Of a DNA stretch of 64,000 nt, positions 21,765-32,445 are shown in pieces. Position 1 is the stretch's first letter. Every line of letters begins with the position of its first letter. Source of the DNA: Pirellulales bacterium (GTDB taxonomy: Bacteria; Planctomycetota; Planctomycetia; Pirellulales; PALSA-1355). The stretch lies in assembly GCA_963733035.1 (NCBI GenBank), contig CAVTBU010000008.1, positions 32,001 through 96,000 on the forward strand, written 5' to 3'. The notes under the pieces were generated by a model, which worked only from the letters and a program-made list of their open reading frames with translations, did not search any database and was not told the DNA's origin. The translations under genes and the position numbers were made by a program.

Positions 21765-23006
21765 CTATCGCGACGCAATCGGTTCGAACAACAAGGGCTC
21801 AGATGCCAACGGGTCGCCAATTCGAATAGCGACCCGTCCCGCGAGCAAGTCCTCGATCATCCGACCTACGACTTCAGCGCGCCAGCCACAACCAAGCAAC
21901 GGTGGACCGTCGTCGACGTTTGTCAATCCCAGGCGATAGGCCACCAATTCGCGCACGTCACTAGCCGTCCCGACAATGCTCGGGGCCAACTCGGCCGACC
22001 GACAGATACCCGCCAAGGCAGTGGAAAGGAACTGTCCCAACACGTTGAGTTGAGCCGGAACTTCTCGCTGCTGGGGCGCCGGCAGCTCGCTATCGGGAAG
22101 TTCCATGCCCCGTTTGACGGCGGCCGCAAGCTGCGGCAACGCGCACTCCAGGTCGCGACGCTCCATCCCCCTCACGGCTCGAATCTGTTTGAGCTCGCAA
22201 CTCTTCCGCTTGGCCAACTCAATAATCAAGTCGTCGCGCAACACCCGTCGAGTCGGACAGTTTCGCTTCTCGGCCTCGCGCTCGCGCCATCGCCACACCT
22301 CGCGAACGATGGCCAAATTGCGCCGCGAAAGTCCCGACGTGCCCGACACCTTCCACCATCGCTCGCCGCCGCGCGTCGCGGCAACGTCGCTTTGCCAGCT
22401 CTGCATCTCGCCGTCCAGCCACGCCGTGCGGTCGAGTTCCTCCAGCCGCCCTCGCAGCTTCTCCGCCAGGGCGTCCAAATATCGCACGTCGTCCAAGGCA
22501 TAAGACAGCTGGCTGGCGGAAAGTGGCCGACGGCGCCAATCGGTGCGGGTCTCGCCCTTGTGCAGGCGTGTGCCCAGCAGCTTGAACAGCAATGACCCGT
22601 AGCCTGCAGGATACTCATACCCTACTAGCCCGGCCGCGATTTGAATGTCGAACAGGTCGGTTGGCGGCTTGCCCACCGCCGCCAGACAAAACAGCAACTC
22701 CTCGCGGCCGGCGTGCACGATCGTTTGGTGCCCTGGAGCGGCTAGGACTTTCCAAAATGGTGTAACATCGGAAATTGTCTGTGGATCGATGACCGCCATC
22801 CGCCCCGCCGCGGCAACCTGAATCAAGCACAATTCCGGCCGGTATGTGTGCTCGGAAACAAACTCCGTGTCAAATGCGATACTCGGCGCAGTTGCTAACT
22901 CGCGGCAGAGTCGCTGGAGCCCCGCGTCGGAAGTGATGTGGTCGTAGTCCGCATTCGCGTCGATTGAATCGAGCGGTTTCGGACGACCTTGATGCGCGTT
23001 TTTCAT
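21765..23006 (-). CDS. rnd: Ribonuclease D (DEDDy exonuclease plus HRDC)
   Basis: IAFDTEF, DIQIAA, TDWRRRPLS and YALDDV motifs; start uncertain. Confidence 0.9.
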   Translation of the reverse strand: MKNAHQGRPKPLDSIDANADYDHITSDAGLQRLCRELATAPSIAFDTEFVSEHTYRPELCLIQVAAAGRMAVIDPQTISDVTPFWKVLAAPGHQTIVHAGREELLFCLAAVGKPPTDLFDIQIAAGLVGYEYPAGYGSLLFKLLGTRLHKGETRTDWRRRPLSASQLSYALDDVRYLDALAEKLRGRLEELDRTAWLDGEMQSWQSDVAATRGGERWWKVSGTSGLSRRNLAIVREVWRWREREAEKRNCPTRRVLRDDLIIELAKRKSCELKQIRAVRGMERRDLECALPQLAAAVKRGMELPDSELPAPQQREVPAQLNVLGQFLSTALAGICRSAELAPSIVGTASDVRELVAYRLGLTNVDDGPPLLGCGWRAEVVGRMIEDLLAGRVAIRIGDPLASEPLLFEPIASR

Positions 23007-23076
23007 CTAGCGCTGAATTGTATCACTCGGCACGAGATTGGGCCACCGAACGTTTCTCCGCCCGTGAGACTCGGTC

Positions 23077-24546
23077 TCACTCAACGAACAGCCAGGTGTT
23101 GATCGCCAGGATCGGCAGCAAGAAGACCACGCTATAAATCACGTAACCAAAGAAGCTCGGCATCCGCACGCCCGACTGTTCCGCTATGGACTTGACCATG
23201 AAATTAGGACCGTTGCCGATGTAAGTCATCGCTCCCATCAGCACCGCTCCCAGCGAAATCGCTTTCAGAAAGTTCTCGGCCACTCCGGCCACCTGTGTCG
23301 CGCTTTCCGTGGGCAGCGTTTGCGCGGTTTTGAAAAAGACCAGGTAGGTGGGAGCGTTGTCGAGGACCGCGGACAGGCCGCCCGTCGCCCAGAAGAACTT
23401 GGAAGCCGAATCGATTCCCAGATTCGAACCCCGAGCATTAAGAATCTCGAGCGCAGGTTGCATCGCCACGAAAATGCCGACGAACAAAGCGGCGACCTCA
23501 ACGATGGCAAAGTAGTCGAAATTATTGTCGTCGCGCACGAGCTGAGGTCCAAACGAGAGCGACAGGGACACCAGACCCAATTGCACCATTTCGCGCAAAT
23601 ACAGCCAGGGGTGCCAATCCGTGCCAGGAAAAACCTTGCCGGGATCGAGCAAGGCCACCGAGAATATCACGCCCATCAGCAACAACACGTTCGGCCATAC
23701 GCCCGAAAACCTCAGTTTGCGCACCAGCAATTCGTCGCGAACCAGGTCGAGCTTGGTCTCGTGCGGGTAATAGTAGAAGTGGTCAACAATGAAATAGACG
23801 GCCAGCAGCGTGCCATTGACGAATAGCCAGCTTTTCCACAGCGAAAGCGTCCACAGAAAATCCACGCCGTTCAGATAGCCCAGAAACAACGGCGGGTCGC
23901 CGATGGGCAACAGCAGTCCGCCGCAGTTGCAAACGACGAAAATAAAGAACACCACACTGTGAGCGACATATTTCCGTTCGCGATTTGTCTCCAGCAGCGG
24001 GCGAATCAGAAGCATCGCCGCGCCGGTGGTGCCAATAAAACTCGCCAGGACTCCACCTGCGGCTATAAACGCCGTGTTGGTTAGCGCGTGGGCCGGTAAA
24101 TCGCCGGTAATGCGGATTCCCCCGCTAATCGTATATAGGCTGAACAACAGCACGATGAACGGAATGTATTCGGAAATCACTACGTGTTGCAGCGTATGAG
24201 CGGCCAGCCCCAAGCTTCCTTCCGGATGCAGAAATGCCAGATAGCCGAGCGTCATCAAAGCCAAGTTGCCAGCGACGTAAAACTTGTGCAGATTATGTTC
24301 CCACCAGTGCGCCGTGTGCTCGACCAACGGCAGCAAGGCAATTGCGCCCAGCAGTATCGTGAAGGGAATCACCGCCCAAATATCGGCGATCTTGGCTGGG
24401 ACTTCATGCTCCCCATGGACCGCCACGGCGTGTGCGGCACGCGTCCAACCCAAGGCCGTCACCACGGCATAGGCCACCAGGATGATCAGAATGACAGATA
24501 CAACAGTCTTATGGGTGTTCCCCTTCCAGAAGCCCGTCGGCGTCAT
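23077..24546 (-). CDS. Putative Na+/H+ antiporter / ion transporter superfamily membrane protein
   Basis: [30 protein letters not shown] and [11 protein letters not shown] motifs. Confidence 0.85.
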   Translation of the reverse strand: MTPTGFWKGNTHKTVVSVILIILVAYAVVTALGWTRAAHAVAVHGEHEVPAKIADIWAVIPFTILLGAIALLPLVEHTAHWWEHNLHKFYVAGNLALMTLGYLAFLHPEGSLGLAAHTLQHVVISEYIPFIVLLFSLYTISGGIRITGDLPAHALTNTAFIAAGGVLASFIGTTGAAMLLIRPLLETNRERKYVAHSVVFFIFVVCNCGGLLLPIGDPPLFLGYLNGVDFLWTLSLWKSWLFVNGTLLAVYFIVDHFYYYPHETKLDLVRDELLVRKLRFSGVWPNVLLLMGVIFSVALLDPGKVFPGTDWHPWLYLREMVQLGLVSLSLSFGPQLVRDDNNFDYFAIVEVAALFVGIFVAMQPALEILNARGSNLGIDSASKFFWATGGLSAVLDNAPTYLVFFKTAQTLPTESATQVAGVAENFLKAISLGAVLMGAMTYIGNGPNFMVKSIAEQSGVRMPSFFGYVIYSVVFLLPILAINTWLFVE

Positions 24547-24740
24547 ATGGCATCCCACTTGTGTCGTTAACTCGGAAGCGTCCTCAAGAGAAACCATTGG
24601 GCCCGGAAAATCAAGGGGGACTGGCAACCGTGATTGACGCGGGGCAACAGACGTGTGTGGACCTGCTGCCCGGACCGCGGACGTTTGCTAGACTGACCGT
24701 CGCTGATCATTCTCGGTTTTTGTTTGGACTGGCTTGGACA

Positions 24741-25274
24741 ATGGAAGTCTGGTTGCGCACCAACTCGCGCGCACTGCTATTCGGCATGATTCCACCCGCG
24801 CTGTTGGCGGGCATGGGACTGTTGCTACTCTTGGGCGTTCCGGGCCGCGAGCCACCGCTTTGGTTGCGCATTGTGGGTGGCCTGCTGCTCTTCGTTTCGC
24901 TGTTGACGATCGCGACGATCGCTTGGCAGGTGCGCAAGCCACGTCTGGCCTACCAACACGGCGAGCTACTTTTATGGTTGCGGTCCGGCAGTCCGATTCG
25001 TTTGCCGGTTGAAGCAGTCGAATGCTTTCTGCTCGGCCAAGCTCCCAGTTTGCTGCCAGGCAATGAAGGGCGCTGCGCGGAGACATCCGCGTTGATCCTC
25101 CGCGTGGCCGATCGCGCGGCCGACTGGCACCATCACGACGTGAAACCACAATTGGGAAAGTGGTGTGAAGGCTACATCACGATTCGCGGCACCTGGTGCG
25201 AGCCGCTCAGTGTTCCGCTGGTCAACCGCCTAAACGCACGGCTGGCGGAAGTCAGTCGCGCAACTTCTCGCTAG
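24741..25274 (+). CDS. Hypothetical membrane protein
   Basis: Two hydrophobic helices after MEVWLRTN; soluble C-terminus. Confidence 0.65.
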   Translation: MEVWLRTNSRALLFGMIPPALLAGMGLLLLLGVPGREPPLWLRIVGGLLLFVSLLTIATIAWQVRKPRLAYQHGELLLWLRSGSPIRLPVEAVECFLLGQAPSLLPGNEGRCAETSALILRVADRAADWHHHDVKPQLGKWCEGYITIRGTWCEPLSVPLVNRLNARLAEVSRATSR

Positions 25275-25298
25275 CATGTCCCCCGGACGTTTGAAACG

Positions 25299-26006
25299 AT
25301 GACGAAACTATTGGTAAGCGTCCGCAACGTCGCCGAAGCCCTCACGGCACTCGACGCTGGTGTCGATCTAATCGATGTCAAGGAACCGGACCGGGGAGCA
25401 CTGGGGGCGGCCGATGCCACGACCATCGCGGCGGTGGTGGCCGCGGTCGACAACCAGAGGCCGACCAGCGCGGCGCTTGGCGAACTGACGCAGCTTGCCG
25501 TCTCGCCCGCGTGGCTGCCTCCGGGGCTGTGCTACGCGAAGCTGGGATTGGCGGGATGTGCCCGGCGACAGACCTGGCATGACAGCTTGCGAGCGGCTAT
25601 CGAAACATTTCCCATCGGCGTCGCGGCGGTCGTCGTGGCCTATGCCGATTGGCAACTTGCGGTTGCTCCTCCGCCGTGGGAGATCTTGTCACAAGCCAAG
25701 GAACTTGGCTGCCGGGGAGTGCTGCTCGACACGTTCGAAAAGCAACGCGGAACGTTGCGAGACTACTTCTCAACTCCTGATTTGCGGCGGTGGCTTGGGT
25801 CAGCTCGAAAGGCGGGCCTGATGTCGGTTGTGGCCGGCGGGTTGGTGCTCGACGACACGGCAACGATCGCCCAATTGGAGCCGGATTACGTCGGCGTCCG
25901 CGGTGCCGCGTGCGACGACGGACGTCGCGGAACGATCGACCGTCGACGCGTCCGTCAGCTGCTGCAAGCGCTTTGCCGAGTGCCCGTCGACGTAACCCAG
26001 TCCTGA
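25299..26006 (+). CDS. mfnB: (5-formylfuran-3-yl)methyl phosphate synthase (MfnB/DUF556)
   Basis: LLVSVR..EA, IDVKEP..GALG, SAALGEL, LLDTFEK and GVRGAAC motifs. Confidence 0.85.
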   Translation: MTKLLVSVRNVAEALTALDAGVDLIDVKEPDRGALGAADATTIAAVVAAVDNQRPTSAALGELTQLAVSPAWLPPGLCYAKLGLAGCARRQTWHDSLRAAIETFPIGVAAVVVAYADWQLAVAPPPWEILSQAKELGCRGVLLDTFEKQRGTLRDYFSTPDLRRWLGSARKAGLMSVVAGGLVLDDTATIAQLEPDYVGVRGAACDDGRRGTIDRRRVRQLLQALCRVPVDVTQS

Positions 26007-26094
26007 TTTCCCGACTTTTCAGCGAATCATCGCCCGACGAGCTTGGCCAAACAACTGTTTGCGCGTGTTAACAATTGGTTGTTCATAAAATTGC

Positions 26095-26122
26095 TTGACA
26101 AACGGCGACAGCGCGGAATACT
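26095..26122 (+). promoter_or_regulatory. Possible sigma70 promoter
   Basis: TTGACA at 26095-26100 after an AT-rich tract; weak -10 (AATACT) 16 nt downstream. Confidence 0.35.
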
Positions 26123-26271
26123 CAAGGTCCCCAGTGCCGCAGGGTAGCCGCCGCGAGATAAGCGGCGGATGTGGCGCGCAATCTGTCGATCGAAATCCTC
26201 TCAGCCAACCTTTCCGACCGCCTGCGTGCCTCGCGATATCGATGGCCAACCTTTAAGCAAGGAGCTTCACG

Positions 26272-26490
26272 GTGCCACATTCCACTTCGGAACCGCAAAC
26301 GGTTCTGGACGCGATCCGCATGAAATTATGGGACTACGAGCCCAGCGAACTTGAAGCCGAAGACTTCGAAGCCTGCCCGTCGATGCCGGGAACTCCCGAT
26401 AAGCTCTCCATGCTAGCCGAGCGTGTCCGCCGCGGCCTGCCGCTTTGGCATCCATCCGATCGGCAGGACTGCGAAGACTTGATCACTTAG
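26272..26490 (+). CDS. Small hypothetical protein
   Basis: AGGAG RBS upstream; PGTPDKLSMLAERVRRGLPLWHPSD segment. Confidence 0.7.
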   Translation: MPHSTSEPQTVLDAIRMKLWDYEPSELEAEDFEACPSMPGTPDKLSMLAERVRRGLPLWHPSDRQDCEDLIT

Positions 26491-26655
26491 CGCGGGCCTC
26501 CCCCTCACTGGAAGAAAGCGCGTCTCGACGAACCCGGTGCCGGTTTCCATCATCGCGGATTCGCGTTACGATAATACAAGCCGGAAACTGAACTCAAAAG
26601 TCACTCGCGCCGGCGGAATCTACGATCTCATTTCTTTAGTAGGAATTGCTCGATC

Positions 26656-26958
26656 ATGCCCAGCCTATCGATCAAGGTGCCCCATACGCTTTCGGCCGAA
26701 GAAGCCACGTCGCGTTTGAAGACGTTTTTCGAAAAGCTCAAGGAGCGTCACGCGGACAAAATGAGCAACCTCGAGGAAAGCTGGGAGGGCAATCACCTCG
26801 ACTACGCCTTTTCGACATTTGGTTTCAATATCAAGGGCGATATGAACGTCGAACCCAACGAGGTTTGCGTGAACGGCTCGCTCCCGTTCGCAGCCATGAT
26901 GTTCAAGGGCAAGATCGAGCAGTCGGTCCGCGAAGAGTTGGAAAAGGTCTTGGCCTAA
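26656..26958 (+). CDS. Polyhydroxyalkanoic acid system family small protein
   Basis: VPHTL..EEA, W.GN and LPFAAMMFKGKIE pattern. Confidence 0.8.
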   Translation: MPSLSIKVPHTLSAEEATSRLKTFFEKLKERHADKMSNLEESWEGNHLDYAFSTFGFNIKGDMNVEPNEVCVNGSLPFAAMMFKGKIEQSVREELEKVLA

Positions 26959-27018
26959 CGCGCACGTTTTGGCCCTGTTCAACCGATCGCGACGTTCTAT
27001 CCGGCGACTTTTGCGCGG

Positions 27019-28161
27019 TTAGTTCCGCGCGCGGACGGCAACCTTGCGCCCTTGCCGACGAATCTCCAGTCCCGTGTTCGCGAAAACTGTTTTGAGCAGC
27101 GTATCCAGATCTGCGTTCTCGACCTTAACGGTCACCAACTGATCGGCGGCGATCCCGGCCGCTTTGGTGGCATCGCGATCCCATTCAAACTGAAGCTCCA
27201 GTCGCCTCGCCAGTTCGTCGACCAGTTTGTCGAGCGCGGCGTTCTCGACGGCAAGTTGATAAACCTCCTCGCCGGCGGTCACCGTGGTCCTATTCGTTGG
27301 CTTACCGCGCATGCGTCGCTCGATCTGTTCATGGTCTTCGACGGATGCCGCCACCTGAATCTTGTTGTCGTCGAGGCGGATCTTAGCTTGGGGCAAGTCC
27401 TGCGCCCAACGGCGAGCCACACCCCGCGCGGTCCGGCCGCCGTCATAACTACGGGTGAGCAAGACCTCTTCCGGAATATCCACCAGTTCGATGCTCCGTC
27501 CCTGATCTTCGATGCGATACGTAAGGCCGAATTGAGCGGTCAGCAGCGTCAAGCGATCGAGCCAACTCAGTGGTGGCAGGTCCGTCTCCGGCCAGAGGTC
27601 ATGGGGAATACGCTCTGGATTCTTGACCTCGACGCCCGCCTCAGCGGCAAGTTCCGCCAGCAGCGTGCGAGGTTCGGCCAGCATGCTCCAATGCCAGCTG
27701 CGCTGCATCAGCAGCTTACGTCTCGCGTCGGCAGGCATTTGACGAACATCCTCCAGCTGCAACGCCGCCAACGTGCGCAATCGCGACGAGACGTGGCGCG
27801 GACCGAAGTAGGCGACGGGACCGAATTGGCTGTAGCCAATCTTCTGCTGCGCAGCGATATGCTGCAGTGCCTCGCGTAGTGGTTGACCGTCAATGACCAT
27901 TTCAATGGTTTCGCCCGGATCCACTCGCCGGTCGCGCAGAATCGCCACGTGCGATGTATCAGACAGGCCGGCCAAAGCGCGGGCGAAGGACGTTCCATGC
28001 CAGGAAACTCGCACTGGCGCTTCGAGTTGCTGCTCGAGCGTCGGCCCCGTCGACCAGCCTGACGTCTCGGCGGAGATGCCACGACGGCAGGGAAGTAAGA
28101 TCGCCACGGCGCAAGCGGCAACCGCGACGAATGCCAGCACAAGTTTTCTCAAACGAAACAC
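27019..28161 (-). CDS. Secreted hypothetical protein with STN-like repeats
   Basis: Signal peptide; repeated V.V....L..AL..I segments. Confidence 0.65.
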   Translation of the reverse strand: MFRLRKLVLAFVAVAACAVAILLPCRRGISAETSGWSTGPTLEQQLEAPVRVSWHGTSFARALAGLSDTSHVAILRDRRVDPGETIEMVIDGQPLREALQHIAAQQKIGYSQFGPVAYFGPRHVSSRLRTLAALQLEDVRQMPADARRKLLMQRSWHWSMLAEPRTLLAELAAEAGVEVKNPERIPHDLWPETDLPPLSWLDRLTLLTAQFGLTYRIEDQGRSIELVDIPEEVLLTRSYDGGRTARGVARRWAQDLPQAKIRLDDNKIQVAASVEDHEQIERRMRGKPTNRTTVTAGEEVYQLAVENAALDKLVDELARRLELQFEWDRDATKAAGIAADQLVTVKVENADLDTLLKTVFANTGLEIRRQGRKVAVRARN

Positions 28162-28365
28162 GGCGGCAATTTCCCGACGGAAAGATAACGCTTTAGTTCT
28201 ATTGTTGATCGCGAGTCGCCCCGGAGGAAGCAGAATTCCTCGGCATTGGCAGGGGGGTTTGGTGATTGCGACGGCAGTGATTAGACTGGGTGAATCGGCC
28301 GGGTGCTACCGGCAAACTTTCTGCCAAACAGCGTGCTTCGGGCGGCTTTCGAGGAATTATCGACG

Positions 28366-29028
28366 ATGAACCACAGCACCCGCGGCCCGGTATTACACCG
28401 CATCTACAAGGCGTACCTGGTCGATCAGAACACGCACGCGTTTACTGCGGCGGTAACGAGTCGATATTCGATCGGCACGCTCGAACGCCTGGCTCAATGC
28501 GGCGACCGTATGGCTCGCCGTGCCGCCGTGTTGGCGCTGGGGCTATTCGGGGACTACAGCTCCAATGCGATCCTTGGGCGAGCGCTGCGCGACAACGACC
28601 GTGGCGTCCGGATGTTGGCTGAAAACGGCATCCGCACAATTTGGTGCCGCGTCGGCGATCGCGTGCAGCGCAAAGACCTGCAGGAAATCGTCGAGCTGAA
28701 TGCGGCCCGACGCTTCGACAGCTCCATCCGTCGTGCCACGAAACTGATTACGCAGGCACCTTGGCTGGCCGAAGCCTGGAACCAGCGGGCCCTTGCGCTG
28801 TTCAACCAGCGAAAGTATGCCGAGTCGATTGACGATTGCCATCAAGCGTTGGAAATCAACCCCTACCATTTTGGCGCCGCGACCGGCATGGCCCAGTGTC
28901 ATATGCACCAGGGGAACCGGCCGGCCGCTCTCGATTGCTTCCGGCGGGCGCTCGAACTCAATCCCAACCTGGAAGGCGTGCGGGCTCACGTGCATTACCT
29001 GCAGCGCACGCTCAAGAGCCAAGAGTAG
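28366..29028 (+). CDS. HEAT-repeat / TPR protein
   Basis: RRAAVLALG HEAT repeat; AEAWNQRA...ALEINPYHFGA TPR repeats. Confidence 0.85.
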   Translation: MNHSTRGPVLHRIYKAYLVDQNTHAFTAAVTSRYSIGTLERLAQCGDRMARRAAVLALGLFGDYSSNAILGRALRDNDRGVRMLAENGIRTIWCRVGDRVQRKDLQEIVELNAARRFDSSIRRATKLITQAPWLAEAWNQRALALFNQRKYAESIDDCHQALEINPYHFGAATGMAQCHMHQGNRPAALDCFRRALELNPNLEGVRAHVHYLQRTLKSQE

Positions 29029-29162
29029 TGGCTCTTTCCTAGAGCCGGCCAAGGAATGCCTTGGCGGCGCCGCGCAGCATTCAGCCGTCGTCCAAGCGAG
29101 GAACGGGTATTCTGGCTCGCTTCGTTTCCCGCAAGCGGCTATCCTGCTGCTCAGGTGGGACG

Positions 29163-30837
29163 ATGGACGTTTCTAGCAAAACCGTATTGATTCTTGGCGC
29201 AGGCATCAACGGCTGCGCAATTGCGCGCGAGTTGGCGATCAACGGCATCAATGTGTGGATTGTCGACGCGGCCGATATTGCCTCCGGAGCTACTTCCGGC
29301 TCGTCGCGGCTGATCCATGGAGGACTACGCTATCTCGAATATGGTGAGTTCGACCTGGTCAAAGAGTCTCTCGCCGAACGCACCCGACTACTTCGTCTTG
29401 CGCCTCAATTCGTGCGTCCCTTACGGCTCTGGATTCCGGCGGAAGGTCGTCTGGGCGGCCTGATCCCGGCGGTCGGCCGGTTTTTTGGCTGGAGTTGGTG
29501 GCCGCAACCCAAATCGCCGCGAGGTTCCCTGCTGATCAGTGCGGGGTTGATGTTTTACGACGCATATGCGCATGACGCGACGTTGCCGAAACATACCTGC
29601 GGCCCAGTTAACGCGGCCGACGCACCCAGAGTCGACCAGCGCCAATATCATCAGCTCTGTTCGTACTACGATGGACAAGTGGAGTTTCCCGAGCGCCTCG
29701 TGTGCTCGATGCTGGCCGACGCCAAGCAGTTGTCGACCCAGCAAGGACTTGACTTCCGCTTGTTCAACTATCATCGCGCAAAACTAGTGGAAGACACCGT
29801 CGAGATCACGCCCGTCGAGACGGCTCCACAGTCGAGCCCACCCGTTTCGCTTCGGCCGTCGATCATCGTCAATGCCACCGGTGCCTGGGTCGATGAAACT
29901 CTTGAGCGTCTGCAGATCCCGGCCGACCGACTGATGGGTGGAACGAAAGGCAGTCATCTGTTTTCGTTCAGCCCTCGACTAAAGGACCAGTTGGCAGGGC
30001 AGGGGATCTATGCCGAAGCTCGCGACGGCCGACCCATCTTCATCACTCCGCTTGGGGATACGATTCTGATCGGCACCACGGACATGCCGTTCAGCGGTTC
30101 GCCCCAGACCGCACAAGCCTCCGAGACGGAGATTCAATATCTCCTCGACTCCGCGAATGCTATCCTCCCCGGCGCACAACTGTCGCCAAGCGACGTCAAC
30201 TTTCACTATACGCGCCGTGCGTCCACTACCGTATGTGCATGCCCGCACCACCGGCGCAATCACCCGCCGTCACTTCTTTGTCGAGCACGAGCATCCGTCG
30301 GTGCCAGTGTTTTCGATTGTCGGTGGGAAACTGACGACAATGCGTTCGCTTGCCGAACAGGCGGCGGCGGACGTTCTCAAGCACTTCGGTCGTACGCCAA
30401 CGGCAAACTCACGGGAGCGGCCGTTTCCTGGCGCCGAAAACTTCCCAACATCGGTCGCAGGCGTCGACGCAGCCGTCAACAAGATCGCAACGACCACAGG
30501 TTTCTCCACCGCCAGCGTAGGCGCGGCTTGGACGCTGCTCGGCACGCGGTGCGAATCGGTGCTGGCCGCCGCGACAGATCATGAACTTCTTCCAACGAGC
30601 GACCTGCCGGTCGCGCTTGTTCGCTGGTCCATTCGCGAGGAACAGGTGCACGCGGTTGCTGACCTGGTCGAGCGGCGATTGATGCTCCTTTACGACGAGC
30701 GACTTTCACTGGCCTGCGTTCGGAGACTTGCCGAGCTACTCGCCGAGCAAGGTCGCTTGGTCGCATCGGAGGTCGATGCGGCAACGTCGTCGGAAATCGC
30801 GCGACTGGCGGCTCACTTCGGAAAGTCGGTCGCCTGA
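29163..30837 (+). CDS. glpD: Glycerol-3-phosphate dehydrogenase/oxidase, with an apparent frameshift near 30212
   Basis: GAGING, SSRLIHGGLRYLE, NATGAW and KGSH in frame 1; VRPLP, GGKLTT and RR in a second frame; adjacent to glpK. Confidence 0.85.
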
Positions 30838-30927
30838 CGAGTCGGGCCTTGAACCCTGTCGGGCTGAGCGTTCCAATAGTCGGAACCTTTCAATACTCGG
30901 TTGGCATTCACAACGGAAGGCGACGTC

Positions 30928-32427
30928 ATGGCAGGCAAATTCATACTCGCGTTGGACCAAGGCACGACGTCAAGCCGGGCGATTATTTTTCGTCACGACG
31001 GCGCAATCGTTTCCGTGGCTCAACAGGAATTCGAACAAATCTTGCCCGCACCCGGACACGTCGAACATGATCCCGAGGCCATCTGGTCGTCGCAGCTCGA
31101 CGTGGCGCGGCAAGCGCTCGCAGGCGCCAAGCTTTCGGCTTCAGACATTGCCGCCCTGGGCATCACGAACCAGCGAGAAACCGCCATTCTATGGGAAAGG
31201 GAAACGGGCCGCCCCGTGGCAAACGCGATTGTCTGGCAAAGTCGCATCACGGCCCCGATCTGCGATCGCCTCAAAGCCGACAACCTGGAAGAAACGTTTC
31301 GAGAAAAAACCGGACTGGTCATCGACGCCTATTTCTCGGCCACGAAGATCAAACACCTGCTCGATACGATTCCAAGACTTCGAACGCGGGCCGAGGCCGG
31401 TGAGATTCTGTTCGGGACCGTCGACAGTTGGCTCATCTGGCGCTTGACCGAGGGCCGACGCCACGTCACCGATTACAGCAACGCGAGCCGGACGCTGATT
31501 TTCAATATTCACAGGCTCGATTGGGACGACGAACTGCTAAAGATCCTGAACATCCCGCGGGTCATGTTACCCGAAGTCGTGCCGTCAAGTGGGGCGCTCG
31601 GCGAAACGGCAACCAAATGGTTTGGCGGCGCGATACCCATCGCTGGATGCGCCGGCGATCAACAGGCCGCGACGTTCGGCCAGGCATGCTTTGAACCGGG
31701 AAGCGCGAAAAACACTTACGGCACCGGTTGCTTTCTGCTGATGAATACCGGGCACGAGCCCGTGGCATCCCAGAACCGGCTACTCACCACCATTGGCTGG
31801 GGACGCGACGGCAAGATCACCTACTGCCTCGAAGGGGGCGTGTTTATCGGAGGTGCCGTCGTGCAGTGGCTCCGAGACGGCCTGCGACTCATCGAAAAAT
31901 CGGTGGATGTCGAAAGGCTTGCCGCACAGGTCGATGATACGCACGGCGTCTTCCTCGTACCCGCATTTGTCGGCCTGGGCGCGCCGTATTGGGACCCCTA
32001 CGCCCGAGGGACAGTTGTTGGAATTACCCGCGGCACCAACGCGGCGCACATCGCGCTGGCGGCGATTGAATCGATGGCATTCCAATCGCGCGACCTGGTC
32101 GAGGCGATGCAGCTCGATAGCGGACTGAAGCTAAACGAATTGAAAGTCGATGGCGGCGCGAGCGTCAACAACCGCTTGATGCAGTTCCAAGCAGACCTAT
32201 TGGGCACGACGGTCCGCCGTCCCAAGGTCTCGGAAACGACGGCTCTTGGCGCGGCATATCTGGCTGGTCTGGCGGTGGGCTATTGGAAAGATGAAGCCGA
32301 GATCGCGCGAAATTGGATCCTCGATCAGCAGTTCACGCCAAGCATGTCGGAGCCGGAGCGGAATGCTCGCTATGCTCGCTGGCAAAAAGCCGTGGGCCGC
32401 TCACGCGATTGGGAAGCACACGCATAG
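30928..32427 (+). CDS. glpK: Glycerol kinase
   Basis: [28 protein letters not shown] and VDGG motifs. Confidence 0.97.
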   Translation: MAGKFILALDQGTTSSRAIIFRHDGAIVSVAQQEFEQILPAPGHVEHDPEAIWSSQLDVARQALAGAKLSASDIAALGITNQRETAILWERETGRPVANAIVWQSRITAPICDRLKADNLEETFREKTGLVIDAYFSATKIKHLLDTIPRLRTRAEAGEILFGTVDSWLIWRLTEGRRHVTDYSNASRTLIFNIHRLDWDDELLKILNIPRVMLPEVVPSSGALGETATKWFGGAIPIAGCAGDQQAATFGQACFEPGSAKNTYGTGCFLLMNTGHEPVASQNRLLTTIGWGRDGKITYCLEGGVFIGGAVVQWLRDGLRLIEKSVDVERLAAQVDDTHGVFLVPAFVGLGAPYWDPYARGTVVGITRGTNAAHIALAAIESMAFQSRDLVEAMQLDSGLKLNELKVDGGASVNNRLMQFQADLLGTTVRRPKVSETTALGAAYLAGLAVGYWKDEAEIARNWILDQQFTPSMSEPERNARYARWQKAVGRSRDWEAHA

Positions 32428-32445
32428 GCAAACGACATTGCCCGA

